NCBI RefSeq assembly: GCF_006345805.1
Contig: NC_043005.1
Coordinates: 58,900,001 to 58,964,000 of the forward strand
Origin: Octopus sinensis
Taxonomy: Eukaryota
Direction: 5' to 3'
Length of the DNA: 64,000 nt
In this document: piece by piece, positions 25,490 to 39,099 of the stretch
Layout of the letters: every line of letters begins with the position of its first letter
How positions within the stretch are numbered: the first letter of the stretch is position 1
Made by a program: the position numbers and the translations under genes
Notes under the pieces: model-generated
What the model saw: the letters and a program-made list of their open reading frames with translations, nothing else
The model's database searches: none
What the model was told of the DNA's origin: nothing

Positions 25490-25745
25490 TATCTTTTTTA
25501 TCTCAGGTTTTTTGGTTGTAACTCTTAGAGTCTTGAATGTATAGCAGGCTTGCTTCCTACAGCCTATGGTACCATACTATATGTTCTTTTCCGTTATCTA
25601 ATACTTTCCTGATTATTTTGTGGTACCAAGGAGGCAAACCTTTTTGTAACAGTTCTGCTGGGAACTCTATTCCAATTTCCTTTATATTCCTCTTGATACC
25701 TTTTAATACTGTCTCCAAGGACCCAATAGTAATAAGCATTATCTT
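25490..25745 (-). mobile_element. Dong/R4-like LINE 3' fragment
   Basis: LITIGSLETVLKGIKRNIKEIGIEF..LLQK(VCLLGTTK)IIRKVLD with compensating frameshifts; abuts (TAT)n at 25746. Confidence 0.75.
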
Positions 25746-25746
25746 C

Positions 25747-25848
<102 letters not shown>

Positions 25849-26718
25849 TGAAGAAGCAAGCTGGCATTTCGTCTTTCTTTACGTTCTGAGTTCAAATTTT
25901 ACCAAGGTCGACTTTGCCTTTCTTCCTTTCAGGGTCGATAAAATATGTACCAATTGAACACTGAGGTCGATCTAATTAACTTGTCCCCTCCTCCATAATT
26001 GCTGCCCTTGTGGCAAAATTTGAAACCTTTATTATTATTATTATTATTATTATGATGTAAATACCTATGAATGTATGTATGTATGTTTACATTTCTTCAA
26101 TATTGCAATGGAACTTGTGCATAGATTCAATAATAATTATATTGGTGTTTATCTCTAGTTTCTGCAGTGTGGAGTTGATCAGAGACACAAATTTACTGGT
26201 AGACAGGATAAGAGTCTATGGCATCAGGAGATTTTCTTATTGTTAGAATTTATCTTAGCTCTACAAACTAATAAAAAAGCAAGCAATCACTATATTCACA
26301 GTGTTACCATCACTTGCTGAAATGAACTGTTTTACATTGAAGTATATAGTTACAGTGGTATATACTTCATAAATGAAATATATTACTGTGAAGTGTCTAT
26401 TCAGAACTAGGGAAAATGGAACATTTAGAAATTTAAGTATACTAGCCATGAACACAATGTAGGGAGCTGTTGAAAACTTGGGAATTATCGACAACCTGGT
26501 TGCAGGTTCCTTAACTCTTGGACAGCTTCAAAATGAGTTTTGGCTGCTGGTCTGCATTGATCCTCTTCCTTCAGTGCCTGTTACTGTAAAACTGACCACT
26601 TGCATCAAACTGATCCCTTAACTTCTGGGATCTGTGAGACTGACTTCTTCACTCTTCTCTCAGACTCCTTGGCTACTAGTCTCTATTAAATTAACCACTT
26701 AATCTAAGTCAATGCCTT

Positions 26719-26752
<34 letters not shown>

Positions 26753-27789
26753 GAAAGTGAACTATGAGCTGCTTTTCTCTACCATGCTGATTTCTTTCAC
26801 TACCAGACTGCCCTCTTGGCTACTTATCTTCAATCCAATCTTTAAGTTGTTGATCTTTACTGAACTGTCTTTTTGATTGTCAGAGGTCTTTATCAAAGTA
26901 TATATCTGAACATTCTTTTATTAAGGGATTCAGGTTATAACTTGTAATGAAGTCTAATGTAATGGAGTTGATACACAGTAACATTGTAACATTGACATTA
27001 GGCTAATGATACACAAACAATTTTTTTAGAAATTCTAGTTGATATCGGATGGATGTATTACTATCTTACTGTTTTGCTCTTTTTCTAGTTCCTATTGATG
27101 GGCTTGGTTCGTGCTGGAGTGTTGTTATCGATTGACAGTTTTTGTAAAGAAATTTTTTTTAAAAAACCATTAAAAAACCCCATTTACTTAGTGAACTTTT
27201 AAATGGTTTCAAGATAGTTCTTCTATTGAAACATTTTTACATAATGACTCAATTGTTATCTCACTATCTTTGATTTAGAATTCTAAGGAATGGTCAGAGT
27301 CTCAAGATCTATTTATTTCCAAAGCAACAACAAAATCTTTCAAAACGAAGCTTAATTTTAGATGAAACTCTACAGATGGTGCCTTGATCAAGTACAATAG
27401 ATACAGGGATATAGCCCAAGTTATTCAACTCTGTTACTTACAATGAAACATAGTGTTCTCCTTACCATTTCCCCAGAGCTTTCAAACATAGTCTGTTGAT
27501 TTTTGTATTCAAAGTTGTATTTGAAAGATATAAAAAGCTCACTGTTCCATTATTTGTCAAAGTATTATGGCAAAATTTGTAGAAAAGAAGTTAAGCAAGT
27601 TTCTGGCAGCTTCTGACTCTGGTTCAAATTTAATTCTTGCTTGAGGGAAGTTCAATGTGTAGCAAGAAGCTTGTGGTCTGGTCTTGAGTTCAATCCTACT
27701 GTATATCGTTTTAAGCAAATATCTTCCACTATTGTAAGGGCCAACCAAAGTATTGTGAGTGGATTTGGTAAACAGAAGCTGAAAGAAGT

Positions 27790-27823
<34 letters not shown>

Positions 27824-27825
<2 letters not shown>

Positions 27826-28154
27826 CGCATGGCTCAGTGGTTAGAGCGTCGAGCTTACGATCGTGAGGTTGTGAGCTCGAATCCCGGACCGGGCTGCGTG
27901 TTGTGTTCTCGAGCAAGGCACTTTATTTCACGTTGCTCCAGTTCACTCAGCTGTAGAAATGAGTTGCGACGTCACTGGTGCCAAGCTGTATCGACCTTTG
28001 TCTTTCCCTTGGATAACACTGGTGGCGTGGAGAGGGGAGGCCGGTATGCATGGGCGACTGCTGGCCTTCCACAAACAACCTTGCCCGGACTTGTGTCTAG
28101 GAGGGTAACTTTCTAGGTGCAATCCCATGGTCATTCATGACCGAAGAGGGTCTT

Positions 28155-28160
<6 letters not shown>
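27824..28160 (+). mobile_element. Young CpG-rich tRNA-derived SINE inserted in (TA)n
   Basis: ggcgcatggctcagtggttagagcg..gagctcgaatcccgg head, flanked on both sides by (TA)n. Confidence 0.85.
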
Positions 28161-28210
<50 letters not shown>

Positions 28211-29026
28211 GTATATATATATATATTTTGGGTGGGTGTCTTTGTGTCATTGTTCATAGCCCACCATCACCACTTGATAACTGGCACTAGTTCGTTTATG
28301 ACTTAGCAATTCAGCAAAAAGAGATTGATAGATAAGGACCCGGCTTAAAAATAAGTACTTGGGCCAATTTGTTTGACTAAAGTCTGTGTCCCAGCATGGC
28401 CACAGTCCAAAAACTGAAACAAGTAAAAGATAACTGGACAAAAGCTCCCAATCTTCAGCTGTCTCTTTTCATATTCCCTCCCCCCCCCCACCACTTGTGG
28501 TCATTGGGTGCCTTTAGCAAAGTCCACTCTGTCGCAGGAATTCAAACTAGGTTTTTAGTGTGAGTATAACTTCTTCTACTCCACCAGTTGTGGGCATCTT
28601 CCTTCCTTGGTATAAGTAGGTAATTAAAAAACTGAAAACTCTACATGGTTAAAGGTAAAGAGCTCATAAGGGCCAATTTCCCAATTTCTACTTTGTATAA
28701 GTTTCCCACCTGGATGGGATGCTGGCCCATCACAGAATTACTCATTTTCCCCATCTGAGTGAACTGGAGCAATGTGAAATGAAGTATTTTTTGCTCAAGA
28801 GCACAACACATTACCTGGTCCAGGAATCGAAACCACAATCTTACGATTATGAGTCCAGTGCCCTAGCCACTAAGCCACATACCTCCACTAGCCACACAGT
28901 GCTTCCCTTTCTCTACATGGTTGCATGACCTGCAGAAAATAGCAGCCTAGTCTCCTTCTAATGTTGGATGTATTACACTTAAGACAAAGACATAATGATC
29001 ACAACTAAAAGAAATGTCTTTGATCT

Positions 29027-29170
29027 TAACCCTTTCATATTCAGATTACTCTGTTGAATGTAATGCTTATTTCTTCACATAGTTTTGAATTAATCATATA
29101 TTATCTTGCAGCTTTGAGATTTTGATGGTGTGATTAATTATTTTTTAAAGTGGCATTGTAGGGTATGTGT
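29027..29170 (+). mobile_element. Possible piggyBac-type MITE end
   Basis: TTAA followed by ccctttc terminus; the other end was not identified. Confidence 0.35.
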
Positions 29171-29239
29171 GAGGAGAGGTCATATCAGACCAGTTTGAAC
29201 ATAAAGTAAGTAGAATATCTGGGCCTCATATCATCATCA

Positions 29240-29950
29240 TCATCATCATCATCGTTGAATGTCTGCTTTCCATGCTAGCATGGGTTGGATGATTTTGACT
29301 GAGGGCTGGCGAACCAAATGGCTGCACCAGGCTCAAATCTTGATCTGGCAGAGTTTCTACAGCTGGATGCCCTTCCTAATGCCAACCACTCCGAGAGTTT
29401 CATGGGTGCTTTTTACATGCCACTGGCACAGGGGCCAGTCAGGCGGTACTGGCAACGACCTTGCTTGAATCTTTTTACACATGCCACGTTCGAATGGTAC
29501 CTTTTACGTGCCACCAGCACAGAAGCCAGTTAACCGCTCTGGCAATGATCATGCTCGGATGGTGCTCTTGGCACCCTACTAGCACGGGCACAAGTGCCAA
29601 TAAGGCAATGCTAGTAACGATCACACTCAAATGGTGCCTTTTATGTGCCACTGGCATGGAAGCTGGTTAGCCGCTCTGTTAAAGATGGTGCTCTTTGCAC
29701 CCCGCTAGCATAGATGTCAGTCATCGAATTTGATTTTGATTTCACTTGCCTCAACAGGTCTTCGCAAGCAGAGTTTAGTGTCCAAAGAAGGAAAAGGTAT
29801 GCATAAGTGGGCTGGTTACAATTCTGACATAAGCCACGAGGTATGGTCTCATTTGGCTTGCCAGGTCTTCTCAAGCACAGCATATTTCCAAAAGTCTCGG
29901 TCACTAGTCATTTCCTTGGTGAGGCCTAAAGTTTGAAGGTCGTGCTTCGG
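29240..29950 (-). mobile_element. Long family D SINE with multiple tandem Ceph-like units
   Basis: (CAT)n tail and at least four ggtgc..ttttacgtgccacc/tgccactggc units. Similar copies at ~38050-38550, 49120-49470, 53710-54090 and 58010-58540. Confidence 0.75.
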
Positions 29951-30726
29951 CTGATTTAAATACTAAAGGGCTAAATATGTTCAGTTATGGCAGTTATAAG
30001 TCTAAACAACAACAGCAACAGTGATAATGAGGACATTAATAACAACAACAAGAACAGCAGTAAAATAATATAGCTTCTTTGTGTTTTGGAAAAATAGAAT
30101 TCCTTATTTTGTCAATATATCAATATTACATAACCACTCATGCCAGCCACTCTTGAAACAATAAACGACTACAGTAACAGCATTACTTTCTCCTACAAGC
30201 ATTTATTCAACTTAAAATATGTCATTAGATCCAACAAATTGTTTTATAGAACAATATCCACTTCAGATCTGATATTTATTTATTGAATAAACACAAATAT
30301 GTTATGAAGTAGAACATTTTAAAAATACTTTTTTCATATTTCGTATCTTGTTTTGTCTACATAAACTGAAAATAAGAATATAAAATTCCTTCATTCAATG
30401 AAATGTTGTCTATAAAATGTCTATATATCAATTGTTATAGGTTTACATAAATATATAAATACATACATACATATACAAACACACACATACAGAAACACAT
30501 GCACACACATATACATATATATATACAACTGAATTTTATATATACACACACATACATATATATATATACATACATATATGTGTATATATATATATACATT
30601 TATATATACACATATACATACATATATATATGCACATATATACATATATATGTATGTATGTATATCTATATGTAATATACCCGTGCTAGCGCAGAAAACG
30701 GACGTTAAACGATGACGATGACGACG

Positions 30727-30820
<94 letters not shown>

Positions 30821-31652
30821 CGTCTGTATGTATGTATTCTCTTTCTTTTCTTATATTACTGCTCTGGGAAAACCTGCAATCTTTCCAGTCTCTGAATCTA
30901 TATGCAGAGTCTCTGAAAAATTCTGTTTTATGCCACAAATGCAGACACTTGGAGTAGTAATAAAATAGATATATTAGTAGTTTAATACACAACTGATTCC
31001 AGTCGATATAAATGAAATGAAGAAATGCTATATTTAAACAATCAATCCTAAACTTAGAGATCTACATCTGAGGCAAATTCAATAAACCAAAGTTTGGATT
31101 TAGACATAAAGCTCGAAAAATAATTGGCAGAAATATTCTGTGTTGCTACATCTTTCTTTATGTGAATAGATGGATCTCCTGATGGTTGTTAGAGATGAAC
31201 TAGTTATCTTTTAGAATAGGTTGTGTTAGACGACAACTAAGGTCAATATGAAACTGTCAAATAAATCAGATAATGCGTTAAGATATTTTAAGTACCTCAT
31301 AAAATAATTTCCATGGGACCATGTATTATCCTTATCTACAGTTAGAACTTTTACTCAGATGAACAAAAAAAAAAAAGGAAAAAAAGTTTTCTACAGTATT
31401 TTTTTTTAAAAACGAATTCTGTAAAATATTACAGTAAATCTAACCCACAAAAGATGTGGAAAGAGTTATTGTCCCTGCCAATGTTTGAGTGATAGCATTG
31501 TGTGATAAGAAGTTAGAAACTTGCTTCTCAACCATATGCTTTCAGGTTTGCTTCTCAGCCTCTTGGACCACATGGTCCAAGTACCTGCTATAGCACCAGG
31601 CTGACCAAAGCCATGTGAGTGAATTTCTTTGATGGAAATTGAAAGAAGCCCC

Positions 31653-31818
31653 AGGAGTGGCTGTGTGGTAAGTAGCTTGCTAACCAACCACATGGTTCTG
31701 GATTCAGTCCCACTGCGTGGCATCTTGGGCAAGTGTCTTCTGCTATAGCCCCGGGCCGACTAATGCCTTGTGAGTGGATTTGGTAGACGGAAACTGAAAG
31801 AAGCCCGTCGTATATATG

Positions 31819-31849
<31 letters not shown>

Positions 31850-32048
31850 ATGTGTCTGTGTTTGTCCCCCTAGCATTGCTTGACAACCGATGCTGGTGTG
31901 TTTACGTCCCCATCACTTAGCAGTTCAGCAAAAGAGACCGATAGAATAAGTACTGGGCTTACAAAGAATAAGTCTCGGGATCGATTTGCTCGACTAAAAG
32001 GCGGTGCTCCAGCATGGCCGCAGTCAAATGACTGAAACAAGTAAAAAA
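31653..32048 (+). mobile_element. Family A SINE, full length (degenerate head at ~31500-31650 just upstream)
   Basis: Canonical head, internal microsatellite and tail. Confidence 0.9.
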
Positions 32049-32134
32049 AAAAATTTTTTTTAATACATAAATACATACATATATATACAGGAGAGTATTG
32101 TAGCTCGCTTGAAGCACTGTGTATTGTTTGCAAT

Positions 32135-32371
32135 GAATAAAAAGTTTTGAATGGTACAGCAATGCACTATAATACAAACAATGGGCGATATACCAGTTGT
32201 AATTTCGTCATCCATAGTCTGATGATATTTCGGAATAAAATTCCTTCTTCAGATATTCTAAGAAGGAGTCAGTGACTCCATCTAAGAATATGGATGACTA
32301 AATTTACAACAGGTATATAGCCTATTGTTTGTATTGCAGTGCATTGTTGTACAATTCAAAACTTTTTATTC
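32135..32371. repeat. ~240-bp imperfect palindrome with a hammerhead-like core
   Basis: Arms 32135-32220 and 32285-32371 are reverse complements; the minus strand of the spacer reads CTGAAGA-A-GGAAT-TTT-ATTCC-GAAAT-ATC. Confidence 0.75.
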
Positions 32372-32380
32372 TACACATAC

Positions 32381-32411
<31 letters not shown>

Positions 32412-32418
32412 TACATAT

Positions 32419-32451
<33 letters not shown>

Positions 32452-32984
32452 CATATATGAAATGATTAAGGTGGCTTGACACAATTTAAGACCAAAAAGG
32501 AAACATTTAACTGTCACAAAAGTGACTAAAGGTGTAGGGTAGCACCAACATTGCAAGAAACAGGTGTGTGTGTGTGTGTGTGTATGTGTGTATGTGTGTT
32601 TGTGTGTGTGTGTGTGTGTGCGGAAGTGTGTGTGCGTGTGTGTGTGTGGAAGTGTGTATGTGCACATATCTTTGTGTCTGCATATGTTCCCCATCACCAC
32701 TTGACTACTGGTGTTGGTGTGTTTATGCTCCTGTAAATTAGCAGTTCAACAAAAGAAATCGATAGAATAAGTAAATGGCTAAAGAAAAACAAAAGAACCA
32801 CAGTCTACTGACTGAAACAAATTATGAGAAAAGATAAATAACAATGACCACAGCTATATCATAGGTCACAAAAAGAATTTCATTCCTTGTTGGAAATTAA
32901 TCCAGTGGATGTCAGACTGTCAAATATCTATCCTCGGTGCATACATATAACATGCTTTGTAATATGTCTTCTTTCTTAATAAGG

Positions 32985-33450
32985 TGGAGAGCTGGCAGAC
33001 AGAGTAGCATGCCGGGTGAAATGCTTGGCAGTATTTCATCTGTCTTTATGTTCTGAGTTCAAATTCTTCCAAGGTTGACTTTTCCATTCATCCTTTTGGG
33101 GTTGATAAATTAAGTACCAGTTGCATACTGGAATCGATCTCATTGACTGGTCCCTCTCCCAAAATTTCAGGCCTTGTGCCTAGCATAGAAAAGAATATAT
33201 TTTTTTAATATGTTTTTTAATTTGATTTTCTTTGCTAAGGTGGTGTGCTGGCAGAATCATTAGCATGCCAGGAAAAATGCTTAGTGGCATTTTGTCCATC
33301 TTTACATTTTTAGTTCAAATTCTGCCAAGGTTGACTTTGCCTTTCGCCCATATCAGGTCAACAAGATAAGCACTGGTTTAGTACTGGGGTCAACTTCATT
33401 GATTTGTCCCATCCCTGAACTTGCTAGCTTTGTGCCAAAATTTGAAACTA
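32985..33450 (+). mobile_element. Two family B SINEs
   Basis: gagctggcaga..agcatgcc..aaatgctt heads at ~32990 and ~33245. Confidence 0.75.
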
Positions 33451-35009
33451 ACATGTCTTTCTTTACTTTGTTGTTGGATATTTAAAACCATTTTAATTGT
33501 ATTAAATTTGGCAATTAGATGAAGGCACATAGCTTAGTGTTTAGGACATTTGGTTCATGATTGTAAGGTTCTGTGTTCAATTCCTGGTGGTGTGCTGTAT
33601 CCTTGAGCAAGACAAATTATTTCATGCTGTTCTAGTTCACTCAACTGGTGAAGATGAATTCTACCTGTATTTTCTAAAGGCTAGCCTTGTTACATTTTGT
33701 GTCATGCTGAATCTCCCTGAGAACTATGTTAAGGGTATATGAGTCTGTGGAGTGCTCAGCCACTTATACATTAATTTTATGAGCAGGATGGGTGTTTTGT
33801 TGAACAAATCAACTTGAGGAGCATTCATTGTTGTAAACAACAGAGAGCCAGTTAGGTTGAGGTATGGCTGTGTGGTTAAGGAGCTTGTTTTCAAGTTATG
33901 TAGATTTGGGTTTAGTTCTGCAATGTGACACTCAGGGCACATGTGCTATTTCCCTGGCCAACCAAAGACATGTAAAATAAATCTGGTGGATGAAACTTGA
34001 AAGAAGTTAGTCATGTGTGTGTAAGTGTGCACTTTGGTGTGCATGCATGTGCACGTGTGTATGTGAGTGCATGTATGTGTGTATGTGCCTATGTGCTTGT
34101 TTATATTTATGCTTCTACAAACATTGTGAGTTACATGCACTGTCACTGACATTTCTCCTCTCAACAAATCATCACTGGATTTTGAAGATGTGTGAGGCGA
34201 TACCTTACTTGAAAAGCAAGTAAGGGTTAGTGACAGGAAGGGCATCCAGCTGTGAAACAACACCTTGAAAATATATATGTCTAACTCATACTGGCATAGG
34301 AAAAAGAAACCCAGAACAGTTACACAGTGGATGAATGAATGAATGAATAAATTTTTGGGCCCACTTTTTTTAATCCTCACATCAACCCTTTCCCCACCCC
34401 ATGAGAATCACTGGGTTAATCAACCCCTGCAAAGAATAGAATTGAATTAATTAGCAAATACATTTCAAATAACATTAATGACTTAATTAGAAAAGTCACA
34501 AACTTCACTCAATGGAATAACACTAACATTTTAATTAGCTTCGTTAATAATATTAGTAATGAAAGTGATTGCAAATTTACTTAATTCTACATTGTTGAAT
34601 TATATTGATCTTTCTTCTAATCATTGCTCACCAATCAATTAAGCTTTGCGAAGGTATGCTGCAGCATTAATGACAATTTTTGCAATCCATTAATCTCTTA
34701 CCTTATCCACTCTAACACTGGTGCCACAATAAAATGCTTCCACTACACTTTGGTAAATGTATGGTTGTGAGAATCCTTTGGTTTTGTCAAAGACATAGCA
34801 TCCTCTTTTAGTGCCAAAGGTATGGTAAAAACGCACACAGTACACATTATAAATTGGTTGGTGTTAGAAAAGACATCCAGCCATAGAAACTAAGTAAAAA
34901 TTGAAACTTAAGAGCTATATATGGTCCCTGGAGAGTATACCAGTGGATATATAATGACGACGACGAAGGTGATGACATAATGAATATCAGATATTTTTTT
35001 TATCTTTTA

Positions 35010-35250
35010 CTTGTTTCTTATTTCTTTACTACCCACAAGGGGCTAAAAAATAGAGGGGACAAACAAGGACAGACAAAGGGATTAAGTCGATTACACCGAG
35101 CCCAGTGCGTAACTGGTACTTAATTTATTGACCCTGAAGGGATGAAAGGCCAAAGTCGACCTCGGCGGAATTTGAACTCAGAACTTAACAGCAGATGAAA
35201 TACCACTAAGCATTTCATCCAGCATGCTAATGTTTCTGCCAGCTCACCAC
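35010..35250 (-). mobile_element. Family B SINE, full length
   Basis: tttctttactacccacaaggggct..aaggccaaagtcgacctcggcggaatttgaactcagaac..ctgccagctcacc. Confidence 0.85.
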
Positions 35251-35482
35251 TTTTTACTTGTTTCTGTCATCTTTTACTTGTTTCTGTCATTAGAGTGCAG
35301 TCATGCTGGGGCACCGCCTTGAGAAATTTTAGTTGAACTAATTGACCATACTATGCATTTACTATTGAAGCCTAGTACTTATTCTATCAGTCTCTTTTGC
35401 TAAGTTATGGGGATGTAAACACACCAACACCGGTTGTCGAGCAGTGGTGAGGGACAAACAAACACAAAGACACACACACATA

Positions 35483-35697
35483 AGGGGAGTGCTGAAAAGT
35501 TCCTGGCTTTGAGTAAAAGAAAATACAGAAGGATCAGTTAATTATGATTTTATTCAAGATATTCCCCTCTCAGATTCAAACACATATTGCAGTGGTCCCT
35601 CAGTTTTTCAAAGCTTGGTAAAAAAAACTCAGAGGTTGGGCCTCCAACCAAGCCTTTAGCGATACCTTTAAAGCTAAGAACTTTTCAGCACCTCCTT
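35483..35697. mobile_element. Mariner-derived MITE (~215 bp)
   Basis: TIRs aggggagtgctgaaaagttcctggcttt and aaagctaagaacttttcagcacctcct, inserted in a CA/TG tract. Confidence 0.75.
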
Positions 35698-35737
35698 GTG
35701 TGTGTGTATGTGTGTATGAGTGTGTGTGTGTGTGTGT

Positions 35738-35783
<46 letters not shown>

Positions 35784-35891
35784 GTGTGTGTGTGTGCGTG
35801 TGGTGTGTGTGTGTGTGTGTGTGTGTGCGTGTGTGTGTGTGTGTGTGTATGACAATTTCTTTCAGTTTCTGTTGTGGAGGACACCTCTGAA

Positions 35892-36836
35892 TGAGAGAAG
35901 TGGGCTGTTTCACTACAAATAAATAATGGACAGACACAATGAGTGGTGCCAGTCAGTGAGGTATTTTTGTTAGTGTTAAATCATTTTTGATTCTGGTTGA
36001 CATAAATCATGTTATACTTTGTTGTATCTTTGTTACAGGTTCTCTCCACATGGGTGAACCATGTTTTGTTGAAATTGTTAGATACCATTGCTGTTTTTGC
36101 CTGCAGGCCTGTTAAATTTTGTGTTTGTCTTCTTCCCCATTTTGGGGCGAAGTAACGGAAAAAGGAAAAAATGGAGTGTGAACCAGTTACAGCACATGCT
36201 GGGAGTTATGCTTCAGTGGCTAGGAAAGGTGCAGATTCACTAGAAATGTGAGAAATAAAAATTGAACGGAAGAAGCTGAAGGAACACTTACAGGCTAATT
36301 CAGAAGGAGGGGTCCAGTTTAAGGCTGACCCCTCCAGAAGAAGTGATAATCAGTACGAAGAAAAGAACAGTGGTTTACAGAACTCTATCAACAATGACCA
36401 AGAAAATAGAGAAAGCTGCAAAAAAAGTTATTGAAGAATGTCTGAAGGAAATCAAGAACCTGACAGCATTCTATACAAGAGGCAGAAATTATGGTACAGT
36501 GGAGGTGAGATTTGCCAGTGAACAGGAGTCAATAAATCACTTCACTGTGACTCTGAAGGATTTCAGTCAGGTCGCTGATATGTTCATAGAGCTACTGGTA
36601 AGAATGTTGACCTAGTACTATCTGGGGCATTCTGGAGAAAAATATTCTATGTGGAAGAAAGAGAAATAAGAAGATTTTGCTGTAATACATATTTGAAAAA
36701 AAAAAAAAAATTCTGTATGTGCGGAAGAAAAAGAAATGGAATATAAAAAAAAATTTAGTAATAATGATGTGTGAGAGAAGTGGGCTGTTTCACCATAAAT
36801 AATGGACAGACACAAATGGTGACAGTCGATGAGGTA
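35892..36836 (+). mobile_element. L1/Tx1-like ORF1 fragment flanked by ~70-bp direct repeats
   Basis: ATG at 36171: MECEPVTAHAGSYASVARKG, then frameshifted ..VVYRTL..YTRGRNYGTVEVRFASEQE (RRM-like); tgagagaagtgggctgtttcac..aataatggacagacacaa..gaggtat at 35892-35965 and 36772-36836. Confidence 0.6.
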
Positions 36837-37561
36837 TGCCATTCGGGCCAGTCACGAAGATGACAAAGTATATCATTATAATGTAGGACATATCAATGTT
36901 GAGCTAGACACAACAGTTTCCATTTACCAAATCCCCTCACAAGGCTTTGGTCGGTCCAAGGCTATAATATGAGATGCTTGACCAATGTGTCACACAATGG
37001 GACTGAACCTGAAACCATGTGGGTGAGAAGCAAATTTCTTACTTGACAGAAAAAAATTTGTTGTTTGATTAAAAAAATTCTGCGATACAAATAAGAAGAA
37101 AAGCAGACTTATCCGTTCATTTGATGTCAGTATGGGACTTTTGCGTAGGATGGATATTTATGACCTTGACAGTCTCTTTATCCTAAGCAAAAAGCTGTAA
37201 GAATATTCTTTTCTACTCTAAGCACAAGGCTTGAAATGTTGGGGGAGGGGGGGCAGTCAATTAGATCAACCCCAGTACATAACTGGTACTTAATTTATCG
37301 ACCCTGAAAGGATGAAAGGCAAAGTTGACCTTGGTGGAATTTGAACTCAGAATGTAAAGGCAGATGAAATATGGTTAAGCATTTCACCCGGCTTGCTAAT
37401 GTTTCTGCCAGCTCACTGTGGCTCTGTGGTAAGAAGTTTGCTTTCCTACTACATGAATCTGGTTTCAGTCCCACTGCAGAGCATCTTGTGCAAGTGTCTT
37501 ATGCAACACATACACAGACACATGCATGTGTGCACATGCATGTACACACATACACACATGC

Positions 37562-37605
<44 letters not shown>

Positions 37606-38625
37606 ACAGATGTGATCTGTCAACTAGTTGAAACACAGTAATATCTCCTTCAAATATCATGCTATGATTTGAGAAATATTTACTGAAAGGACCTTGCCAT
37701 GATTTGATCTTGGGACATAGATGGTTATAGCTAAATACTTCTATGTAATATTTTTGAAAATCAACTGATTCTGCCATCCATGTGCCACTATGGTAGACAG
37801 CTTGCTGCTGTTTTTGTTTTTTATATATCTAATGATCTTTCAACGGAAAATATATCATCATCATCATCATCATCTGACATTCATTTTCCTTGCTGGCATG
37901 GGTTACATGGGGTAAGACACTTGCTTTCTAACCACATGGTTCAATGTTCAGTCCCACTGTGTGGCACCTTGAGCAAGTGGCTTCTACTGTAGCCTCAGGC
38001 TGACCAAAGCCTTTTGAGTGGATTTAGTAAGTAGAAACTGAAAGAAGACCTTCGAACTTTGGGCCTCACGGAGACAATGACAAGTGACCAAGACATTTGG
38101 AGATATACTGTGCTTGAGAAGACCTAGCAAGCCAAGTGAAACCATAGCCGTGGTTTATGCCAGTGTTGCATAACCGGCCCACTGGACAGTAGACTATGCT
38201 TAAGAAGACCTGTTGAGTTAAGTGAAATCATTGTCATAGCTGATGCCAATAGAGCATGACTGGCACCTGTGCCAGTGGCATGTGAAAAGCACCATCTTGA
38301 GCATAGTTGATGCCAGTCCCTCTGGACTTGCTCCTGTGCTGGTGGCATGTAAAAATTACCATCCAAGAATGGTCGATGCCAGTCCCTCCAAACTGGCTCC
38401 TGTGCCAGTGGCATGTAAAATGCACCATTCGAGCATGGTCGATGCCAGTACCACCTGGCTGGCCCTCTGACTTGCCAATCGTCAGTCAAACTGTCCAAAC
38501 TATACCAGCATGGAAGGTGGATGTTAAACAATGAATGATGGTGATGATGATGAGATATATATATATACATATATATATATATCTATATCTATATATATAT
38601 ATATATATAGATATATATATATATA

Positions 38626-38885
38626 TAAGTTAAAGAAGAGGAAAAACAATGAATCAAGACAGGATTATGGCATTTAAATTCATTTGGCTTAGTTTGATTT
38701 AATCTAAGAGAGTTAATGCTAATGCAATGTAGGTAGAACTAACTCTACCTGGAGAATGCAATGTATGTAGAGTTAATTCTGTGTCACATTAGCATTAACT
38801 CTCTTAAATTAAATTAAACTGAACCAAATGAATTTAAATGCCATAGTCCTGCCTTGATTAATTGTTTTTCCTCTTCTTTCACTTA
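38626..38885. mobile_element. Palindromic (foldback) MITE, ~260 bp, TA-flanked
   Basis: ~100-bp arms are reverse complements (taagttaaagaagaggaaaaacaat..gctaatg / cattagc..ttcctcttctttcactta), with an inner IR agaactaactctac / gtagagttaattct. Confidence 0.85.
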
Positions 38886-39057
38886 TACCTAACGACTCAA
38901 AAGTAAGCTACTGATTGCTGGTTCTCTCTCAAGTGGACATTTGTGCAACCACAACTCTGGCCCCTGAATGAACTGAGATCTCAGTAGCTTATGAGTTGGA
39001 GCATTCAGAGTGCAGAACTATTACTTCAGGCTACTTTGACCTAAACTCTTCATCTTC

Positions 39058-39092
<35 letters not shown>

Positions 39093-39099
39093 GTATATT

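Noticed and set aside
27824-27900. Functional tRNA gene
   Set aside because: It lacks a complete cloverleaf and continues into a SINE body; the same applies to heads at ~16600 and ~5290.
37080-37196. + strand exon ending at a strong CT|gtaaga donor (RLIRSFDVSMGLLRRMDIYDL..)
   Set aside because: No usable acceptor is in frame; the upstream AG leads through a stop and the nearer AG is purine-rich.
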